Of a DNA stretch of 64,000 bases, positions 57,887 through 64,000 are shown piece by piece; position 1 is the first letter of the stretch; each line of letters begins with the position of its first letter. Both the position numbers and the translations under genes were made by a program. This DNA is from Takakia lepidozioides (Eukaryota > Plantae > Bryophyta), in NCBI GenBank assembly GCA_030704615.1, contig CM060732.1, positions 38,936,001-39,000,000 on the forward strand, written 5' to 3'. The notes beneath the pieces are model-generated. The model was not told the origin of the DNA and searched no databases. It worked only from the letters and a program-made list of their open reading frames with translations.

Positions 57887-59334
57887 CCAGCAGTTACCCA
57901 TCACATTTCTATGAAGAAAGAGAAGGAAAAATGGAAATCCTAGAGGAACCAGCCACTGTGAGCTTACAGGATGAAGTGGTGACTGGTTGGACAATCACAG
58001 CTGATGAGCAGCTGAGGGAAGTGAATGTGGGAACTAAAGAGGAACCGAGGATGGTGAAAGTAGGAGCTGATTTGGAGCCAGAATTCCTTGAAGAAGCTAA
58101 GAGCTTGTTCATCAAATACAGAGATGTATTTGCTTGGAGCTATGAGGATCTAAAAGGAATACCACCTGAAGTCTGTCAGCATAAGATTGAACTGGAACCA
58201 GGGTCAGTACCAATCAAGCAGGCGAGGTACAGAATGAATCCCAACTACGCACAGAAGGTTGGAGAAGAGATCAAGAAGTTGGCTGAGGCTAAGTTTATAT
58301 ACCCAATAGAGTATACAACTTGGTTGTCACCCATTGTTATAGTTCCCAAGAAGAATGGTAAACTAAGAGTATGTGTGAACTACAAGAAGCTAAATGCTTG
58401 TACGAAGAAAGATCATTTTCCTTTGTCATTCACAGAAGCAGTATTAGACACTGTGGCAGGCCATGAGATGTACTCATTCATGGATGGCTTCAATGGTTAT
58501 AATCAAGTGCAAGTGGCAGAAGAAGACCAAGGAAAAACAGCTTTCATCACAGACTGGGGGGCTTATGCATACAAAGTCATGCCCTTTGGACTTTGTAATG
58601 CACCAGCGACCTTTCAGAGAGTGATAAGTGAATCTTTTCATGAGTATCTGGATGATTTCATGCAAGTGTTCTTGGATGATTTCAGTGTGTACAGCTCAAA
58701 GAAAGAGCACTTACATAAATTGGAGTTATGTTTGGCCAGATGCAGGATGAGAGGTCTGGGCATGAATCCAGAGAAGTGTACTTTCTGTGTGAACTCAGGG
58801 GTGCTTCTGGGACACATTGTATGTAAGAGGGGACTTCTTGTGGATCCCAGGAAAACAGAGGCCATTAAAGCCTCTCTACCACCAGTGAATGTTAAGAGTC
58901 TAAGGAGATTCCTTGGGCAAACCAGTTATTACAGAAGATTTGTCAAAATGTATGCACAAATAGCAGCACCATTGAGTAAGCTACTGAAGAAAGATACAGT
59001 GTTTGCCTGGACAGCTGAATGTCAACAGGCGTTCGAGGAACTTACACTGTCAGTAACAACTACACCTGTGCTGATTAACCCTCACTTGCATGTAGTATTT
59101 CATGTTCACTGCGATGCATCAGGAGAAGCGTTAGGAGCGGTGTTAGCCCAGAATGTTACAGGAAATATAGATTCACCTGTGTACTATGCTAGCAGGTTGA
59201 TGAACAGTGCTGAAAAGATCTATAGCACAACGGAAAGAGAAGCATTGGCAATGATCTATGCAGTGAAGAAATTCAGGCATTACCTGTTGGGCAAGAAGTT
59301 TATGTTCTATGTGGATCACCAGGCATATACCTAG
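57887..59334 (+). CDS. Gypsy C reverse transcriptase-RNase H
   Basis: WLSPIVIVPKKNGKLRVCV, MDGFNGYNQV, MPFGLCNAPATFQR, FLDD, HCDAS, TEREAL, VDHQA. Confidence 0.95.
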
Positions 59335-59372
59335 TAAACAAACCTCTGATAAGCGGAAGAATAGCAAGATGG

Positions 59373-61109
59373 TTGATAATCTTGCACGAGTTTGAGTTCG
59401 AGGTTGTTTACAAGCCTGGGAGACTGCATCTTGTGGCGAATCACTTGTCACGGTTATCAACAGGAGAACCAGCCACAGGAATAGATGATCAATTACCAGA
59501 TGCGAGTCTATTTGCAGTGGAGGTGCATGGAAGTGCAGATGACTGGTTAGATTGGCAGTGGCCAATCAGATACTACCTTGCTCATGGTCAATGCCCACCT
59601 AGTTATGGTAAGGAGCAGAGGAAGAGAATCGCTATCAAAGCTTTACCTTATACTATGGTAGGAAGCAGAATGTATAAGCTAGGACCTGATGGAGTACTAA
59701 AACGATGCTTGTACCACCATGAAGTAAATAAAGTTTTGGAGGAAGTTCATAAAGGAGTGGCTGGAGGTCATTTTGGAGAAGAGACTACCAGTAGGAAGAT
59801 ACTACTCGCAGGTTACTGGTGGCCTACTTTGTTCAAAGATGTACACGAGTATTGTCAGAGTTGTGATGAATGTCAGAGGCTAGGACCTTTGCAGAGATCT
59901 GGAAGGATGGCCTTGCATCCTACAATGCCTACGGAACCATTTCAGAAATGGGGACTAGACTTTGTTGGACCAATTAACCCACCAGCCAAAAATACACGGA
60001 ACAGGTACATAATTACAGCCACTGATTATACTACGAAGTGGGTGGAAGCTAAAGCTTTGAGGGACAACACAGCCAAGTCCACCGCAAGGTTCATATATGA
60101 GAACATACTTACACGATTTGGCTGTCCCTTAGAAATTATCAGTGATCAGGGAAATCACTTCATGAATGAGACCATTGAGTTGTTGACTAAAGAGTTCATG
60201 ATTGTGCATAGAAATAGTACAACATATTACCCACAGGGTAATGGGCAGGCAGAGGCTACCAACAAAATACTATGTACTATCTTGGCTAAGATAGTCAATG
60301 CAAACAGAACGGATTGGGATACAAAGCTGCTGACAGCTTTGTGGTCATACAGGACTTCCTATAAAGTCACCACTAAGTATACACCATTCCAATTAGTTTA
60401 TGGTATGGAAGCCTTACTTCCAGTGGAATTCCTGTTACCTACCATGAGAACGGAGTGGGGAAAGAGAATGGAATTGCAAGATTCCATTAAGGTCAGGAAA
60501 CATGAATTATACCATGTGGAAGAAGTACGTGCTGATGCAGCTGATAATATGACCAGAATTCAGATGAAGAGGAAGGAACAGTTTGATGAAGGCAAGTTAA
60601 AAACTTTTAAGACGGGAGATTTGGTTCTATGGTTGCAGAAAAAGGGAAAGATTAAAGCTTCTAAGCTTAAATCACCATGGAAAGGACCTTATGTCATACA
60701 AAAGATGTATGATAACAACACCGCCATGTTACAAACCATTAACAAAGAAATGCTGGGAAGAGTCAATGCCAATAAGTTGAAGGGGTACAGTGGTATCCAT
60801 GACAAACCATTGCAGCATGAATTGCATGTTGAAACGCAAGAGCAGTCACGGGCTGCACCAGTGTTACGAACGGAGTATGGAGCACTTGTCGTTAGGCCGA
60901 GCATATATGACCAGGGCGGGAAAAACAAGCGTGACACAACCTATCACAGCCCATCACGGCGTGACACAGCCTATCACAGCCGAGCACGGCGCAACACAGC
61001 CTATCACAACCTACCACAGCGTGTCACAGCCTATCACAGCTTACCACAGTGCATCACAGCCTATCACAGCGTACCACAGTATGACACAGCCTGTCACAGC
61101 TCAACATAG
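59373..61109 (+). CDS. Gypsy C integrase with repeat-encoded C-terminal tail
   Basis: HHCC (H...GGH...CDEC), WGLDFVGP, SDQG, NGQAE, KLKSPWKGPY; no chromodomain. Confidence 0.95.
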   Translation: MIILHEFEFEVVYKPGRLHLVANHLSRLSTGEPATGIDDQLPDASLFAVEVHGSADDWLDWQWPIRYYLAHGQCPPSYGKEQRKRIAIKALPYTMVGSRMYKLGPDGVLKRCLYHHEVNKVLEEVHKGVAGGHFGEETTSRKILLAGYWWPTLFKDVHEYCQSCDECQRLGPLQRSGRMALHPTMPTEPFQKWGLDFVGPINPPAKNTRNRYIITATDYTTKWVEAKALRDNTAKSTARFIYENILTRFGCPLEIISDQGNHFMNETIELLTKEFMIVHRNSTTYYPQGNGQAEATNKILCTILAKIVNANRTDWDTKLLTALWSYRTSYKVTTKYTPFQLVYGMEALLPVEFLLPTMRTEWGKRMELQDSIKVRKHELYHVEEVRADAADNMTRIQMKRKEQFDEGKLKTFKTGDLVLWLQKKGKIKASKLKSPWKGPYVIQKMYDNNTAMLQTINKEMLGRVNANKLKGYSGIHDKPLQHELHVETQEQSRAAPVLRTEYGALVVRPSIYDQGGKNKRDTTYHSPSRRDTAYHSRARRNTAYHNLPQRVTAYHSLPQCITAYHSVPQYDTACHSST

Positions 61110-61110
61110 C
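60930..61110 (+). repeat. 10-nt/30-nt period cacagc array
   Basis: gtgacacagc ctatcacagc ... forming six 30-nt units. Confidence 0.92.
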
Positions 61111-61580
61111 ATACTAGGGTTACACGATCCATAGAATCAGTGACAGGTGGACGCATAATAACTTCAGGAAAATGGCTGACGGAAGAAAAGACGGAAACCA
61201 GTTTAAAAATAGACACGTGGAAGTCAGGGCGCGACACACAGCGGAGAAGGAAGTGCAAGAACAGGTGTCATAAAGAAAAAGGACAAGAACGGCCGTCAAA
61301 ATGGATGAAAGACGGGCCCATTAATGAATACGGAAAAAGGGGAACGGAACAAACGGCAAGTACAAAAAAAAAACGAAATTCTTGTCACATGTGTGATCCT
61401 AGTGGACTATCCATCAAGGAAAGTCCACTAAAGAAAATGAAATCTAAAATCACATCACAGCGATTACAGCCAATAGAAAGCTAGAGAAAGGATCAAGAAA
61501 TTGGAGGGAAATTAAGCGCAAGAGGCGGCGTCGTTCTGAGTAACGGGCGTCTCGACGGGACAGACCATCAATGCTATAGC

Positions 61581-64000
61581 TTGGAAACTATGGAGGAACT
61601 AACAGACTATACGCTCGCAATATTACTTACACAGTGGCATAGACACGAAAGAACAGAGCGGAGCTTTTCTCTTGAGCGATGCTTGCAAGCCCCGCATGCT
61701 TACAAGAAATTACCCATAGCTTTTTGTGGCAACCATACGTTTATGCTTTGTGCACTACAGGCATTTCTTCAGTTGTTACAGCCAAAACATTTTTGTGGGT
61801 CTAAAATGAAGAGAGTGAGAGGAATGGAGGAAATCAGGGTGAAGAGCACCACAATTCTGCAGAAACAAACGATTGCTACCCCACAGGCGATACAGATACT
61901 GAAGGAGCTGAGATTGCAAGGATTGCAAAGCATAGATTGGACATTGCACCATAGACAGTACATGTTACAATTCTTGCAGAACTTTGAGCCAAGGACAGGA
62001 ACAACAACGGTGAAGGGAGTTGAATTAGTAATTACTCCCCTATACCTCCAGCAATTGTTTCGATTGCCAGCAGGTCAGGTGCATGTGGAGGAACACAGGG
62101 CAAGACTGCAAATAGGGACTTATTTCAAGAAGGGAGTTTCTTTAAAACTCAGGGTTATGCTTGTACCAAGGCCGTGTACCCAGGGCTAAAGGAGGTAGGC
62201 CAGGTATTGAACGTTCTTATTGCCATGAAACAGAACCAACAGTATTTGAGCAGATCCTTCACGGAGGAAATACTCAAAGCCCTGAAAGGACAAGAGGTAG
62301 AATGGGCGGACATAATGTACAACGCACTGGTGGAGGAGATGAAAAGATTACAAGGTACTACAGCAAAGTCTCCTATCATAGTGTCTGGCCCAATTATTGC
62401 TCAAATAATTCTTGATTCCGGCATACTTGATGCGCAAGAAAGAAAAGAGATGAGAGTGTTTGAGCCAGAAACCACTGCAATGGAAGAGCAAGGCTCTTCA
62501 CACAGTGAGGGTGGACTAGCATGGCAACCCGAGACTAAGAGGCAGAGACGGGGAAAGACTGTAGTCGCGGATCCACTGGCTTCACGGATTCCGCATGATA
62601 ATGTTTCCCAAGCTCATGTGCAGGAAGGGGCACAGCAGCACAGAGAACTGCTATTACTGGAAGCAGGACCTTCAGAAAGGGAGGAGGAAGTTACTTCAGT
62701 ATCACAACCATCACAGCCAGCTGATCGGCTTGTCACAAGGTTACAAGTTGTCCATGCAGCTCAACCAGAAATAATTGATTTGGAAAAAGAAGAGTTAGAT
62801 ATTCCAACTACAGATAAGATAGTGGCGGAAATTGAAAAGGGGGACCTTCTCTATGAATATTCTGGTCTGGTCAAGGAGACAGAGATTCCAGAGGTGCAAC
62901 AGTTGCCCAAGGGAAATCCTGAGGTGCATATAATACACACACCTGTGTCGGAGGTACCACAAGTAGAATGTCAAGACACTGCAACACCGGTGATGGATGA
63001 TGTGGTTCAGGAAGAAAATCCAGTGGGACAATGGCCTGAATGGTTCGTGAGACATCACACGGTTGAGGATCAGGAGGAACAGCAGCAACCTCACCATGAT
63101 GACCCTCAACAGGCAATACTGATGAGTTCCATAAGCAGGACACTTAATTTGTTGGGGACTTATGTCAAATCCCATGTTCCAACTACCCAATTGACAGCCT
63201 TGAGAGAGGAACTCAGGAAGGAGTTTGAGGCTCGACTAGCCACTGAGTGTGCAAACAAGGTCGATGAGGAGGTCACTCTCAAGATGCAGCAGGACTTGGA
63301 AAATACAGAAGCGGCTTTGCAATTGGCCAAGGAACAATTGATTGAGGCAGGCCTCGCGCAAGACCAGTTGCACGAAGCACATAAGCAACAGCTATACCAA
63401 ATGCAGGTGAAGCATGAAAGCAAGTTGCAACAAGTAAATGCACTACATACAGAGTTGCAGACAGTGCATGACAGGATGGTCATCCAATGTGCTACACTCA
63501 CAACTATGCTTGACCAATCTACAATAGAAATAAACAGTCAAGCAGAAAAAAGTATGAAGGCAGAAGCAGAGAATGTTGAGCAAATGAAACTCATTGTCGA
63601 CATAAAGAATACAATCTGTCGTAATGAGGATACTTTCAAGCAATACAGGCAGGTTGAAGCCGACCAAGAGAGGCACATCCTGGAGTTGCAACAAACGGTC
63701 ATGGCCAATAGAAATGAACTCTCTGTGGCTAACAAAGCTTGGAAGGAAGCCAATAATCTGGCTGCTGTCTATGCGAATTTGGTTGAACCTCATGCGAAGC
63801 GCATGGAGGCTTTACAACAGCAGTTAGATGTGTAAAAACAAAGAGAGGAGCACACTCTCAGAGCAACCACAAGCAACTTGGTGGATAACCACGTTATGCA
63901 GGTCTGGTTAGCACAAGGGCCAGTGGAGGACAAAGCACCACGAAAGCTCACCCAAAGCGAGATGAATGAGCTCAGGCTGCAAGTGCAAAACATTGCCACA
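61581..64000 (+). pseudogene. Gypsy C 3' extra ORF (plant-transposon-protein-like N-terminus, acidic region, long coiled coil)
   Basis: ORFs 61581-62189 and 62174-63835 are joined by a frameshift, and the frame stays open beyond the TAA at 63835. Motifs W...QFLQNF...VKGVELVITP...LFRLP...VEWA. Confidence 0.7.

Larger units (their letters stand above)
41622..64000 (+). mobile_element. Outer Ty3/gypsy retrotransposon C (non-chromovirus type) with extra 5' and 3' ORFs; 3' LTR outside the window
   Basis: Putative LTR about 41620-42885, gag-PR 44016-46688, RT-RH-INT 57887-61109. The pol frame EEETS|SYPSHF is restored on removing the nested element. Confidence 0.9.

Overview
Eukaryotic nuclear DNA, most likely from a non-seed land plant. 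This is inferred from spliceosomal introns, moss/fern-type Ty3/gypsy elements and a probable flagellar gene. The left half holds two head-to-head host genes. One is a minus-strand multi-exon gene (about 26.2 kb to below 48), probably a flagellum-associated protein with a ubiquitin-like N-terminus. The other is a complete 12-exon plus-strand M14 zinc carboxypeptidase (27028-32243). One intron of the minus gene (9886-22082) has grown by about 11 kb through at least nine co-oriented non-LTR retroelement insertions into what looks like a single (GA)n/(TC)n tract. These comprise a young single-ORF APE-RT LINE (family A), an RTEX-like LINE (family B) and a 290-nt non-coding SINE-like element carrying the family A 3' hairpin. 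One full-length A copy has three segments flipped in place inside a perfect 14-bp TSD. The right half (33-64 kb) is a nest of transposons: a decayed gypsy with a dUTPase-like domain, an RLE-LINE fragment, a CACTA end, a DNA-transposase fragment, a gypsy with extra 5' and 3' ORFs, and a near-complete gypsy with 2.3-kb LTRs inside it. Many single-base indels suggest an imperfectly polished long-read assembly. No CRISPR, rRNA or tRNA genes were seen.
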